From the IMG/VR virus record IMGVR_UViG_3300032307_000652, positions 30,877-94,876 of that record: a stretch of 64,000 nt of DNA. One strand, 5' to 3'. Origin of the DNA: a virus. Made by a program: the position numbers and the translations under genes. Within the stretch, counting starts at the first letter, position 1; each line of letters begins with the position of its first letter. The notes below the pieces were generated by a model that was given only the letters and a program-made list of their open reading frames with translations, searched no databases and was not told the DNA's origin. Positions 39,401 through 49,641 of the stretch are shown piece by piece.

Positions 39401-42093
39401 TTCAAGTTCTAAAAGTTGGAAACTTGAATGAATTATCTAACGCTTCTATTAATAATATTTTAAATCAAAATCAATATTTTAGATATCAGGAAAATGCGGA
39501 TGGAGGAACAGTTAGTTGTTTTTGGCAAAGAGCTAATTATTACGGAAGTGGATTAGGATTCCCAACATTGGGAAATAACTTAGTGACTCCAAATGGATAT
39601 AAGTATGCTATTTTAATGAGAGGTGTTGATGTTCATTCACCAAGAGTAAAACAAAAAATTTGGTTAGGAAGTTTGATGTATAATCAAATTAGTGAATCAA
39701 ATATACCTGATGGTGTTAGTGAATCCGATGTGTATGTTGAAGGATATTTCAAATTAAATATACCATACCAACCAAACAACCTTGGTACAGAACAACAACA
39801 AGTTCAATGTAGACATAATCAACTTCAAACTAATAGTAGTGTTGATGAATTTGGTAGTACAATATTCTATCCTAGTTATATGTTTGAATACTATTCAACT
39901 ACGTTTATACCTTTTACAAGTGATTTACATTTATATTATTCGTCATATGACGCTAAAAACTTTGGGAATGTAATTCCTGTTGAATATTCTGACTCTTCAG
40001 TTGACGGATATGTTCCTTATCAACAAATACAAACAAGTTTTAACACTGGATTTGAAAGAGTATCAAGTACAAACATTTTTACAGGTTTTTTTAGTAATAC
40101 ACAACAATGTGGTCAAGGAACATCTGCTAGTAATAATAATGATTGTGATGATGATACAGGACAATATTTCCCACAATCTTTAGAAACCTATACTTGGAAT
40201 TTATACAATCAATATCCTAATTCTAACACCCAACTTGATTTTCCTGGAAACTATCGAATAGGACAAGTTGTTGAAGGAGGGTCAGTTTATCAATACTCAC
40301 TATCTTTAGAGTTGTATGATAGCCCTTGTCAGGCAAATGGAGGGTCGTCTAATGGTCTTAAATTGTGGACAACTCCAAAAATGGCTTATTTTTCACCCTC
40401 ATACCGAACCATAACTTCACCTGGTAACACGACAACGTATCCTACTGTTAATTTTAGTAATAGGAAAAAAATTGTTGTTAGGTCAAATAGAATGCCAACC
40501 TCTACAAATGAACAAATTTCAGGTCCTAATAGTTTTCAATTACATCAAAATTCAAAATTTGCGATTTATCGATTATCAGATACTGGAGGGGTACAAGAGT
40601 TAGAAAATGTAACACAATTCCCAACAAATTCAGATAATGAATCGGCAAACGCATTTGTTCCATTTACAAATGTTTTAGAATCGGTAAACAACTGTGAAAA
40701 GGCGGTTATGTTAAGTTGTTATGGGACTGATGAAAATGGTAACCCAATTATCAAACCTGACTGTCCTCAATTGATGGACCCGGATAATCCTTTAAAATAT
40801 TTTAATTATGGAACAGGATGTTACAATTTAGTTTCAAGAAGTTTTTTAAGTTTACCAAGAGATATTACTTTAATTCAGGAATGGTCAAATAGAAATAAAA
40901 TTTCAAATGCCGTATGTCTTGATGTATTCTCACACAGTTTCTCAAACAATTGGATTAACGGAACATTGTTTGCTTACCCATTTGAAAATAAAAGGTTTTT
41001 TGATTCTCAAAATCAACCTTTTAGTGTTTTTTGTAAAAGTTTAATTTATTTACATGAAACATCACAGAATTTCTATTATAGAAGTTCACCTTGGGATGGG
41101 CAAAGATTTTTGGGTAATACATCAGTGGTTTATTATGAAAGACAAGTTGGTAATGAAAGATATTTGGCAAATCCAACAACTATTATGGATTTAGGGCCTA
41201 AAGATACTTTCATACAAGAATTAGTTAATACTGATGAATATGATGGTTATATTGTATCGAAAGTACCCTCAACATCATATAAAGATGTTAGTGAAATATT
41301 CAATTTGTTTGTTCTAAGTCGATTGGTTAATAATAGTTTTATTGAAAATTTATTAATTTCTGCGTTACCTGAAATTGTAATGGCAATGTTCTTTACAAAT
41401 AAAAGGTGGGGAGCGTTTAGTGCTTTACCTGCGTATGTTGATGGTGATTACTCACAAATGTTATCAATTAATTCTGAGTTTGGAATTAGTGAATTTAACG
41501 TGTCAAATTATGCTCAACCACTTGATTCAGGATTTCAATCGGTTTATTTCGGAGGGTCTGGAGCTTATCCTTTATTTGGAATATTCTTAACTGGTAATAC
41601 ACAAGATAGAGATTATATTACACCAAGAAGAACTATATGGAATCCAAATGCGTCTATTAACCAAAACCCTGATTATAACTTTAGTCAAATTCCTGTTAAA
41701 ACTCAAACTGTTCCATTTTATCAATGGAAATTAGATGACCAAAACTATTCTAGTATTGGACAGTATACAATTTTTGGTAATCAAAATAACAATTGGGTTA
41801 CTGATTCACAAGTAACTCCACCTACGTTCTTTTCATTTGGTTATCAAAATATGGATAGACTTAATCCTCAATCAAATTATTTCCAACCGGATGGTAACAA
41901 CTCAAATTATTTCAGAGCGACATTGATTAATTTTTCAAATGGAACGCCAACAATTGCTTTACCTCAAACTTTTAATGGCTCAAGTTTTATAGTTGGGGCA
42001 CCACAACACTTCTATTTTGGTTTGATAAAAGGTGCTAGTGCTATTGATAAGTTTAGAATAAAATATGTTAATACCGAATTAATAATTGAATAA
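36478..42093 (+). CDS. Very large virion-region protein with an internal hydrophobic, membrane-like segment
   Basis: Beta-sandwich-like N-terminus (GVVCGRV..NGFGLPNARLSIF; TNDSGDFMILGVPTG); hydrophobic stretch at about 38250-38415; baseplate context. Confidence 0.55.
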   Translation: MSSTYRIRTELGVNKTIQVKLEQNYDTLELLSLTISPNNLYTRACANYGVVCGRVFCNNGFGLPNARLSIFIPIDELDITNQDISVLYPYQSINDVNEDGYLYNLLPYTQSHSGHVPVGTFPDRIDALINKTVIEVYDKYYRFTVSTNDSGDFMILGVPTGQQTLFMQVDLSDIGEFSMTPQDLIRMGLATESQVDGTRFKFSENYNELPQIISISKTIQVSPFYGEPEICDYSIQQVDFDLTSEKNVTISPTAVFIGSIFSANEGTKVVNTNDNACNVKRGLGRMCDLIPGPGQILALRQTIRLDNLGLPIIEQFTLENDGKIIDQDGTWVTEVPMNLDYVYTDEEGNRRISDNPNIGIPTKSKYRFKVKWDQSPQLSESTKRGYFLVPNIKEYGWTYNPQNPLDDPNLQDFVSSVVTVEIPAGVTESFIYNLINENEATTYVFRLNETINVDNLKITYPDGTPYTSQNFSNNFIGGLPNFSLSWESPDITTVSTFIFYKIIYKRFQLESSYAFSLDWNDYANVDDALSCEDTFMELHFNKVYTVSQIIDRYSTGLRPGKTVQIKNIQDTSCDGEKNKFPINDVFVNITFNYVFNSLILEIIKYLLIGLVPLLHVLSFLWLILSRVIAAILLVVQLVIFIICNIVRGIQDIFGTASLDCPPPSDFGSLLRENPLKNITLPLLLYTEDGCERCNCKAGDVTADTDLIAEFTQVQEEQVSILMDTTGFQTYANNPNDFTYIPNLISGNAGLPGVEKRTPQLSDSFTLVTDPDAVTRTIELNYYSQSLPFSERLNMLSFPGRYFKVGTANDPLGIKVYIEPELNTPIQSFPYWDATTQTVQQQIVVGSPKFHWDNALIIALDPGIDLTVGEILSFQNPALSNDLNYKRNENYPASLGKIEAPPIETPENTLGSIGAQITVNWTRTYTFLNLGNGYQNPNGPINGTAGGGIAEQTTYNISSVTENNAVTSFAADIEYFQVLKVGNLNELSNASINNILNQNQYFRYQENADGGTVSCFWQRANYYGSGLGFPTLGNNLVTPNGYKYAILMRGVDVHSPRVKQKIWLGSLMYNQISESNIPDGVSESDVYVEGYFKLNIPYQPNNLGTEQQQVQCRHNQLQTNSSVDEFGSTIFYPSYMFEYYSTTFIPFTSDLHLYYSSYDAKNFGNVIPVEYSDSSVDGYVPYQQIQTSFNTGFERVSSTNIFTGFFSNTQQCGQGTSASNNNDCDDDTGQYFPQSLETYTWNLYNQYPNSNTQLDFPGNYRIGQVVEGGSVYQYSLSLELYDSPCQANGGSSNGLKLWTTPKMAYFSPSYRTITSPGNTTTYPTVNFSNRKKIVVRSNRMPTSTNEQISGPNSFQLHQNSKFAIYRLSDTGGVQELENVTQFPTNSDNESANAFVPFTNVLESVNNCEKAVMLSCYGTDENGNPIIKPDCPQLMDPDNPLKYFNYGTGCYNLVSRSFLSLPRDITLIQEWSNRNKISNAVCLDVFSHSFSNNWINGTLFAYPFENKRFFDSQNQPFSVFCKSLIYLHETSQNFYYRSSPWDGQRFLGNTSVVYYERQVGNERYLANPTTIMDLGPKDTFIQELVNTDEYDGYIVSKVPSTSYKDVSEIFNLFVLSRLVNNSFIENLLISALPEIVMAMFFTNKRWGAFSALPAYVDGDYSQMLSINSEFGISEFNVSNYAQPLDSGFQSVYFGGSGAYPLFGIFLTGNTQDRDYITPRRTIWNPNASINQNPDYNFSQIPVKTQTVPFYQWKLDDQNYSSIGQYTIFGNQNNNWVTDSQVTPPTFFSFGYQNMDRLNPQSNYFQPDGNNSNYFRATLINFSNGTPTIALPQTFNGSSFIVGAPQHFYFGLIKGASAIDKFRIKYVNTELIIE

Positions 42094-43870
42094 CTCTAAC
42101 GAAATAATAATTGTAAAAGGTTCCGCAAGATATGCGGGAGCTCCTGATGTTGATTCTAAAATATCAGTTGAATTAAACTCAACATTGAAGGAGATGACTG
42201 AATATGACAGAAATCTACTTGTTGATTTAGAAAATTTATTTGATAGAGAAAGACAAGAGTGTGATACTTTTGTTCCGACATGTAAGTTTACATTTATATT
42301 TGAAAATTCATATAGTGGACTTACAGGACCTAAAGCTGGTCCTTACGACCCGATTAACAGAAATCTTTATTATGTTAATCCTTTATATTATCGTCTTTTA
42401 CAAAACGAACAACAAGACCCAAGTAATGAGATTGCTTGGGGAGGATTTCCACAATATCATGAATTTGATTTTATAAGAAATGATTCTAATGTAGTAGGAT
42501 ATACTCAGCCACTTGTAGGTCAAATTCCTCAGTATCATATTTTATTTGACGCTAAAGAACAATCATATTATAATTGGTTTTTCCATTTAAGTTATCCATC
42601 TGAAAAATATTTTAATCAATCGATGGAATATCAGTTTGAGGACGGAGAAGTGTTTACTTGGACGGTTTCCCAAGGAATTCCTTTTGTTATTTCAAATGAA
42701 ACATTTAATGGACAACCTGTTATTGTTTTTAGATGTGCGATGGACCACGGATTAAGTGTTGGGGAAAGCGTTGAACTTTCTTTAAATTGTAATGATGTTA
42801 ATATTTTTGATGTTTATAGATTAGGTGATGGTTACACTAATTCTGAGAAAAATGTTTTCATGATTTTTAATATTGGATTTTTATGTGATATCTTTTTTGA
42901 TGGACAAAAAGGAACATTAAAAAGAGTTACAAATAAAGAAAATCTAACTGAAAGTAAATCGGAATATTATGTTAGAAGACATAAAATTATAACAAATTAC
43001 ACTGACGCAATTTTAACAAAAACCGCTTTTGAAAATAATGCATTTAGAAAAACCACCAAGTTTGAAACAAAATCATTAACACCGAATTTAAATGCTCGAA
43101 CATCGTTAAAAGAAGGGACACAAAGTTATAGTCTATCGTTTAAAAATAATTTTTCAATAAATGGATTAAAAGATAATTTAAATAGACCTTTAACTGAATT
43201 GTATGTTACGGTTGTTAACCGAGGAAGATTTGGATTTTTTAATTCATTAAAAAAAGGGTGGGGTTTTAATCTTGGGCCTGAATTAAATACATGGTGGGGT
43301 AATCCAAATAGTGATACGAATATTACTCAAACAAGTTTTAATAGACCTGGTCCATTTATCACAGATTCATTCGGAAATCCTGTTGGAACATTAATGACAT
43401 TTTATTATAACAACCCATTAGAAGTTGATGATTTAATTGACGGAGATTTATGTGAATGGAATGATATGACACAAGAAGAACAGGTTTTAAGTTTACATTA
43501 TCATAAAATCAGATTTAATCCTAAAGTTTTTGATGTTTCCCCAAATAGTTCTTTGGGGTATTATTATAACACACATTACAAATTTCAACTAAGAACATTT
43601 TCATCATATATAGAAAATGCTGACAGAAATATTATTGTGGATAATTTACCGAGTTATAGTTATTACTCGGCATATAATCAAAAGTTTTTTTGGAGGGATA
43701 TTTACACGTATGGATATATTGATGTTGATGGTGTAGGTGTGGATAATCCATTTTTAAATAATAAACACTATTTGTTTGAAGATTTTATTTTCAGATTGAT
43801 ACCTGAGGGAAGTAATATCAATGAAAATTCAACATTAGTTAATGACCCATTAATAGACGATTGTGAATAA
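42086..43870 (+). CDS. Putative baseplate/structural protein
   Basis: Overlapping operon context; aromatic, beta-rich sequence. Confidence 0.55.
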   Translation: MNNSNEIIIVKGSARYAGAPDVDSKISVELNSTLKEMTEYDRNLLVDLENLFDRERQECDTFVPTCKFTFIFENSYSGLTGPKAGPYDPINRNLYYVNPLYYRLLQNEQQDPSNEIAWGGFPQYHEFDFIRNDSNVVGYTQPLVGQIPQYHILFDAKEQSYYNWFFHLSYPSEKYFNQSMEYQFEDGEVFTWTVSQGIPFVISNETFNGQPVIVFRCAMDHGLSVGESVELSLNCNDVNIFDVYRLGDGYTNSEKNVFMIFNIGFLCDIFFDGQKGTLKRVTNKENLTESKSEYYVRRHKIITNYTDAILTKTAFENNAFRKTTKFETKSLTPNLNARTSLKEGTQSYSLSFKNNFSINGLKDNLNRPLTELYVTVVNRGRFGFFNSLKKGWGFNLGPELNTWWGNPNSDTNITQTSFNRPGPFITDSFGNPVGTLMTFYYNNPLEVDDLIDGDLCEWNDMTQEEQVLSLHYHKIRFNPKVFDVSPNSSLGYYYNTHYKFQLRTFSSYIENADRNIIVDNLPSYSYYSAYNQKFFWRDIYTYGYIDVDGVGVDNPFLNNKHYLFEDFIFRLIPEGSNINENSTLVNDPLIDDCE

Positions 43871-44636
43871 GATTAAATTAACAAATAAAAATATTAGTAG
43901 GAATATTAATATTCCAATCAATATGAATTGGGATTTCTTGGATAGAGAGGATACTTTAATTAAGTATGAGGAAGAAGTTCTAAATAAAATCTTGGGGTTT
44001 CCTAATGATTATGAGGTTAGAAGATTTGAAATGTTTCAAAATCCTAACAACGATATAACCTTACCATTAACATATAATTTTAATTTTAAATCATCAACTA
44101 ATAATGATTGGGTTTTAAATTATACTGATTCAGGTCGATTTACTCAAAGAGAACTTTATAATAACGCGAGAACTTATGATAAATCTTTTTTTAAATTAGA
44201 TTTTTACGACACTACAAATCCTCAAACAAAAAAAAATTATCTAACAATAATTTTAAATAAAAGACCAAACAAAACGACATATACTTTTACCGCTCAAACA
44301 ACTCCTGTTGAAATTGATTTACCTTCTTTTACTTTAAATTACAATAAAAATCAGGAAGGATTTTTTATCTATTGGTTTGATGACCCAACGATTTTAAACA
44401 TTAATACTTTGTATATGACGGCAAAGTTTTTTGACGCATCAAACGGACAATTCACTTCTTTCACAACAAAAAAACAAACAACGTCTACAACACCATATCG
44501 ATTAGGAACTGATTTTTTTAATAGAAGAGTTAGTTTTGACTATAATGATAACACATATAAAATAACACTTATGGACCAACCGACAGTACAAGAAAATATT
44601 ATCGAATGGTATGAGTATATAAACCCAACATCATAA
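43863..44636 (+). CDS. Putative structural protein
   Basis: Translationally coupled within the structural operon. Confidence 0.55.
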   Translation: MNKIKLTNKNISRNINIPINMNWDFLDREDTLIKYEEEVLNKILGFPNDYEVRRFEMFQNPNNDITLPLTYNFNFKSSTNNDWVLNYTDSGRFTQRELYNNARTYDKSFFKLDFYDTTNPQTKKNYLTIILNKRPNKTTYTFTAQTTPVEIDLPSFTLNYNKNQEGFFIYWFDDPTILNINTLYMTAKFFDASNGQFTSFTTKKQTTSTTPYRLGTDFFNRRVSFDYNDNTYKITLMDQPTVQENIIEWYEYINPTS

Positions 44637-45718
44637 TGGAAATTTTTAAAGTTAAAATATCACCTGAGGTTTTAAAAGACGATATTGTTTATGAAACATA
44701 TAGTGGTTATACATTTGGTGTCTACAGTGGATTAACTAATATCCTTAAAGGAGGACCAAATGGTTCTTCGTTATTAACAGGTCTTACTATACCAATTTTA
44801 TTAAAACAAAAATATCAAGACATTGGATATTATGATGGTTTTGATGGTAAGATAAAACAAGAAAACATCTCGGCGAATTTTTTATTTTATTCTACCGTAG
44901 AAAATCCATATACATTTAAAATACTTAATACTTCAGATAATGAAAATGTTTATTTGTTTAACTCAACTTATCAGGTTGATTGGGGGGACGGAACAACACA
45001 AACAATCACTACATTTTATCCTGAAGAAATTACACATAACTATTCAGGACCTTTACCTGAACCAACAGGGTATACTATAACTTTAACACAAACAAATTTA
45101 TGGGGTGTTATTCAAGTCAAAAAGAATATTGTTGTTCCATATTCACTCCCTGAAAATACCGACCAATTTGGAACTGTTACATTTGCTAACACTAATGGAA
45201 GTTGGAGCGCAACACCATCATCATATAATTTTATTTTCACAGGTGATGCTTACAATCAGTTATCATATCAAGTAAGTTCTTTTTACACAGAGGTTCCATT
45301 TTTCGTAACTGGATATACTACATCAAGATTAAATGATTTATCAACTTACGGACCGAGTCAATTTGTTGTTGGACAAACAGTCCCATTACCTGGACGAGAA
45401 TATGGTATGATTGAATCTATGAGTAACGCTTATACCGCATATACTATAAATGGAACAACCTACCAAGATTATCCTAATGGAACTACAATTTTTGTATTAC
45501 CATCTTCGGGTATGACTTCAGATATGTTCTCAGTTAGTGCCATAACTAAAAATGAAGCGTTAATGAATGTTATCGACCAACCTCAGTTATACAACTCAAT
45601 TTTTGTTGAACGTGGTAAAAATTCAGGGGTTGAAAACTTTTTGAGATTAGGTGAAGTTTCTAATTTAAGTGATTTGTTAAATTATGGATATAACTATTTC
45701 ATTATAAAACAGGGATAA
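44636..45718 (+). CDS. Putative structural protein with a PKD-like Ig domain
   Basis: YQVDWGDGT...HNY...YTITLT. Confidence 0.6.
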   Translation: MEIFKVKISPEVLKDDIVYETYSGYTFGVYSGLTNILKGGPNGSSLLTGLTIPILLKQKYQDIGYYDGFDGKIKQENISANFLFYSTVENPYTFKILNTSDNENVYLFNSTYQVDWGDGTTQTITTFYPEEITHNYSGPLPEPTGYTITLTQTNLWGVIQVKKNIVVPYSLPENTDQFGTVTFANTNGSWSATPSSYNFIFTGDAYNQLSYQVSSFYTEVPFFVTGYTTSRLNDLSTYGPSQFVVGQTVPLPGREYGMIESMSNAYTAYTINGTTYQDYPNGTTIFVLPSSGMTSDMFSVSAITKNEALMNVIDQPQLYNSIFVERGKNSGVENFLRLGEVSNLSDLLNYGYNYFIIKQG

Positions 45719-45769
45719 GAAATTTAAATTTAACTATTTATAAAAATAAACTACTAAAGTAATAAGAAC

Positions 45770-46675
45770 TTGGCAACTGGTAATTACGGAACTATAAGAT
45801 TGGCGGACGTTAGTCCTGCGGATGTTGAAATAATATTAAATTATACACCATCAAGAGACGACACACAAGGGTTTGTTTTGAAAAAATTAAATTCACTTGA
45901 GTTATTACGTCCTTACTTTAGTAATTCAAGTGTTGGTGGTTCAACTACTGAGGTATTAGGTGGATTATATAATCTCACATTACCATCAACGGAGTTTAAC
46001 AATTTAGGAATTTATACTTTGATGTTACGTCCGGCTCAAATCAGAACATCAATTACTGATTGTGGAGTTTTATCGGCGTTACCAAATGTTAGAGGTATAA
46101 TTATTGACTTAAATAATGTTCCGTCACAATACCTAAATAAGTTTGTAAATCAGGGACTGGTAGGGTATAGAATTGAATATCTTAATAATGATGGCTCTAA
46201 AGTAACTAATTTTTTTAGAATAATAACTTCATCTTTTTATTGTGAAGCAATTTTAGCGAACACTAATAATACAAGTGATAAAGCGGTGAGATATCGATAC
46301 ACAGATAGTGAAACTAATTTAATGTTTTGTACAGTATCACCAAGTTCATCACCATCAAATAAACCAAATGTAACGCCATTTATAGGTTCACCGGGACAAA
46401 ACGTTATTATCACTAATACATTTTTTGACCCTACAGTAATTGAGGTTGAGATTGTTGAATACGACACATCAAGTTTAGCAATTGCTCTTTATGGTAATCA
46501 AACTAAATCTATTGAAGATGGTATATACACAATTTATGATAGTGATAACAACATTTACAAACAATATAACTTGTACGAAATTAGAGACCAATTTAATGAA
46601 CTTCTTTATGAAGTTAGACAAGATAGAAATAATAACATTGATTTCACTAAAAACTTTGACAATATCATTGCTTAA
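45770..46675 (+). CDS. Putative structural protein (TTG start)
   Basis: TATTTATA at 45735-45742; TAATG-coupled to the next gene. Confidence 0.55.
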   Translation: MATGNYGTIRLADVSPADVEIILNYTPSRDDTQGFVLKKLNSLELLRPYFSNSSVGGSTTEVLGGLYNLTLPSTEFNNLGIYTLMLRPAQIRTSITDCGVLSALPNVRGIIIDLNNVPSQYLNKFVNQGLVGYRIEYLNNDGSKVTNFFRIITSSFYCEAILANTNNTSDKAVRYRYTDSETNLMFCTVSPSSSPSNKPNVTPFIGSPGQNVIITNTFFDPTVIEVEIVEYDTSSLAIALYGNQTKSIEDGIYTIYDSDNNIYKQYNLYEIRDQFNELLYEVRQDRNNNIDFTKNFDNIIA

Positions 46676-49641
46676 TGGCTAATTACACTTGTCCACCACA
46701 AAGACCATCAGGTTCAGGAACATTTTCAAATAACCTTGTCGGTTTACAAATAACCGATGGTGGTGGTTTAACGCAAGGTAATTTTACATTCACAAGTGTT
46801 GTAACTGAAAAAACTAATAGAAACTTTTCGGTTGGGGTATTTTCAGAACCAATATCATTAGAAACTCTTGGTTTTCAAAATACAATACAAGCGAAGTCTA
46901 TTTTTGATAAAAATTTTAAATTATACCCAAATTTTGATGAAACAGATATCACAAATTTTGTTGGTTATGGTTCTTTATCAAAAAGATTTGAGTCTGCGAT
47001 TACAAATATTATAAATTATTTTCCGGCATCTATTGATGTATCTAAATACCGACCAAATTTTACAACAGGTGCGACCGCAACAGGAATAACATACAATGTA
47101 AATGAAAATGAAACAAAACTAATTATTCCATTAGAAACTGTTCGAAATCCCTTTTCAGTTAATTATACTACAACTTCAACACAAACAATTGAGAGTTTAG
47201 AATTTAGTGTTTCAAAGTATAGGGACATGTCTAAAACATTTTTAAGTTATGTTTTAGTTTTAAATTCGAATTATTATCCTCTAACATTTATGGACCCAAG
47301 TACGTCTATAAGTGCTGGAACATTAACAGTTTATGTTCAGGGTAATCCTTTTTCAGGTTTATCAACGTATAATGATTTCTTTTTAATAAGACCAAATGAT
47401 ACAATTGTTAATGAAGTTTTTAATTTAGAATTAGGTGAGGTTGAAGAAATTTTATTGAATAGAATGGTTAAACCTATCTATACTTATGTTGCGACTGTCC
47501 CATCAATTTCTGATTCAGGATTAATTTATAATTCAACACAGACAGTTACTTTTCCATTAGATGGTCCTTGGAACTTAGATATTAGAACAAACGCATTTGT
47601 TAGTTATATCGAAAGTTTACAATTATTAGGTTTAGATTTTGACAATTATAGGACAAATATTATATCTAGATTTTATACAACAAACGCATTTAAAGATTTT
47701 GATACATCAGACCAAAAGGTTGACAAAGTATTAAAGATATATGGAAGAAGTTTTGATGAAACAAAAAAATATGCGGACGCAATTCAACATGTTACCTCTG
47801 TAAATTATAATATTGGTAATGATATTCATTCAGGACTTCTTACAAATTTTGCCGAGACTTTAGGATGGAGAACAAACATATCACCGATAGCTGATTCTGC
47901 TTTTTTAGAATCGGTTTATGGGACTACTGAAAACGCTTTTCCTGCGTATTCTACAAGTCAGACTATGTTGGACTTAAATTACCAATACTATAGAAATTTA
48001 ATATTAAATTCGGCATATTTGTTTAAATCTAAAGGAACAAGAAAGGCGATTGAATTCCTTTTAAATTTTATTGGAACTCCACAGGCTTTACTTGAATTTA
48101 ATGAAAATGTTTATTTGGTTGATTCCAAAGTAAACATGGATAGATTTAATCAATTATATAATAGTATTTCAGGTGGAACTTACACACCACAATTCCCAGC
48201 ATTGGACTCAACAAATGTATACGGGTTTTTAGGTAATACATATACTGGTTACACCACCCAACAAGTTGTTGAAGAGGTAACCACAACTAGAAATGATTAT
48301 CCTGTTGATGATGAAGGATATCCAACCAAACCAACATATAGTAATGATTATTTCTTTCAAAAAGGTGAGGGTTGGATACAATCAACGCCACAACATAGAA
48401 GTCCACAAATTGTTTCTGCTAATACAAATACATTTACAGGACAAAATCTTAGTATACAAACAAGTTTAGAACCTTTTACTTACGGTGAAAAATATTTAGA
48501 AAGGTTTAGAGATTTTCCGTTTATGGAACTTGGATTTTCAATTAAAAAAGAAAATGACAATAAGAAAAGTTGGTATGACCAAACAAGTGATTTACGAAAA
48601 AACACGGACAACTTATTTGATGCTTATTATACCGTTAGTGATGATAGATATGTTTTAAACGTTAAGAATACTGATATATTTTTAAATCCTGCTCAAGCGT
48701 TGGCTTATGATGTTTGGTACATGTCTAATACACAAAATTACCCAATACCATTTACAGGGTTATCTTCACCATATCCACAAACAGGTGGTACGGATTGGAC
48801 CTTTATTAATCCTCAACCACAAATAGAGAACTTCTTCGAGTTTTATAAAACGTTTTGGATGAATATGATTAATGTTAGAAATAGACAAATTTCATCTGAT
48901 GGTAAAACAAGTGGATACCCAACCTTACAATCTTTATTTTGGAAATACCTAACAATGTACCAAGATGTTGGAATACAAAATAATAATTTCACATACCAAA
49001 ATATGATAAACTATATTAATGGTTTAGGTTCATTTTGGATTAATTTGATAGAACAATTTGTACCAGCGACTACTATATGGAATACAGGGACAAAATTTGA
49101 AAATTCTATTTTTCATAGACAAAAGTTTATTTATAGAATGCAGAAAGGATGTCAGATTGTTTTACAAGAAATTGTTGGACCAGTATCAACAGGAACTATC
49201 AGTACTAACAATTGTAATAATGTAACATTCCCACTTCCAATACCGACAATAAATGATTTAGGTTCGGCGGTTAATAATAATTCTGAACAATTGGCGATTC
49301 AGGAAGGATTTTTAAATGGATATACCACAGTGTCCGCATTATATGGGTTTGAATTTACCATAAGTAATTTCAATGGAACAAATTCATATACATTTACTTA
49401 CAACGATTCCGCTTATTATTATACCCCTAATTTATTACCAACTCAAGCACAATGGACTAACATTATAAATCAAGGTATATTGTATTTTGCTAGTTCAGGG
49501 CAACTAAATGATGTGGGAATTCAAATTATTCTTGATTCAAATGATAATGTTATTAACATAGTAACACTATCGTGTGAATTCAGTGATTGGGAAATATCAG
49601 ATTTCTTAATATTAACGCAAGTATCAATTCAAGGACCATAA
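46675..49641 (+). CDS. Baseplate wedge protein (T4 gp7 / P2 gpI-like domain)
   Basis: LLTNFAETLGW...AYLFKSKGTRKAIEFLL; EQFVPA near the C-terminus. Confidence 0.65.
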   Translation: MANYTCPPQRPSGSGTFSNNLVGLQITDGGGLTQGNFTFTSVVTEKTNRNFSVGVFSEPISLETLGFQNTIQAKSIFDKNFKLYPNFDETDITNFVGYGSLSKRFESAITNIINYFPASIDVSKYRPNFTTGATATGITYNVNENETKLIIPLETVRNPFSVNYTTTSTQTIESLEFSVSKYRDMSKTFLSYVLVLNSNYYPLTFMDPSTSISAGTLTVYVQGNPFSGLSTYNDFFLIRPNDTIVNEVFNLELGEVEEILLNRMVKPIYTYVATVPSISDSGLIYNSTQTVTFPLDGPWNLDIRTNAFVSYIESLQLLGLDFDNYRTNIISRFYTTNAFKDFDTSDQKVDKVLKIYGRSFDETKKYADAIQHVTSVNYNIGNDIHSGLLTNFAETLGWRTNISPIADSAFLESVYGTTENAFPAYSTSQTMLDLNYQYYRNLILNSAYLFKSKGTRKAIEFLLNFIGTPQALLEFNENVYLVDSKVNMDRFNQLYNSISGGTYTPQFPALDSTNVYGFLGNTYTGYTTQQVVEEVTTTRNDYPVDDEGYPTKPTYSNDYFFQKGEGWIQSTPQHRSPQIVSANTNTFTGQNLSIQTSLEPFTYGEKYLERFRDFPFMELGFSIKKENDNKKSWYDQTSDLRKNTDNLFDAYYTVSDDRYVLNVKNTDIFLNPAQALAYDVWYMSNTQNYPIPFTGLSSPYPQTGGTDWTFINPQPQIENFFEFYKTFWMNMINVRNRQISSDGKTSGYPTLQSLFWKYLTMYQDVGIQNNNFTYQNMINYINGLGSFWINLIEQFVPATTIWNTGTKFENSIFHRQKFIYRMQKGCQIVLQEIVGPVSTGTISTNNCNNVTFPLPIPTINDLGSAVNNNSEQLAIQEGFLNGYTTVSALYGFEFTISNFNGTNSYTFTYNDSAYYYTPNLLPTQAQWTNIINQGILYFASSGQLNDVGIQIILDSNDNVINIVTLSCEFSDWEISDFLILTQVSIQGP

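Noticed and set aside
5780-49641. Bacterial extracellular contractile injection system or tailocin
   Set aside because: Neck proteins, SSB, recombinase, helicase and RNR are interspersed, which indicates a replicating phage
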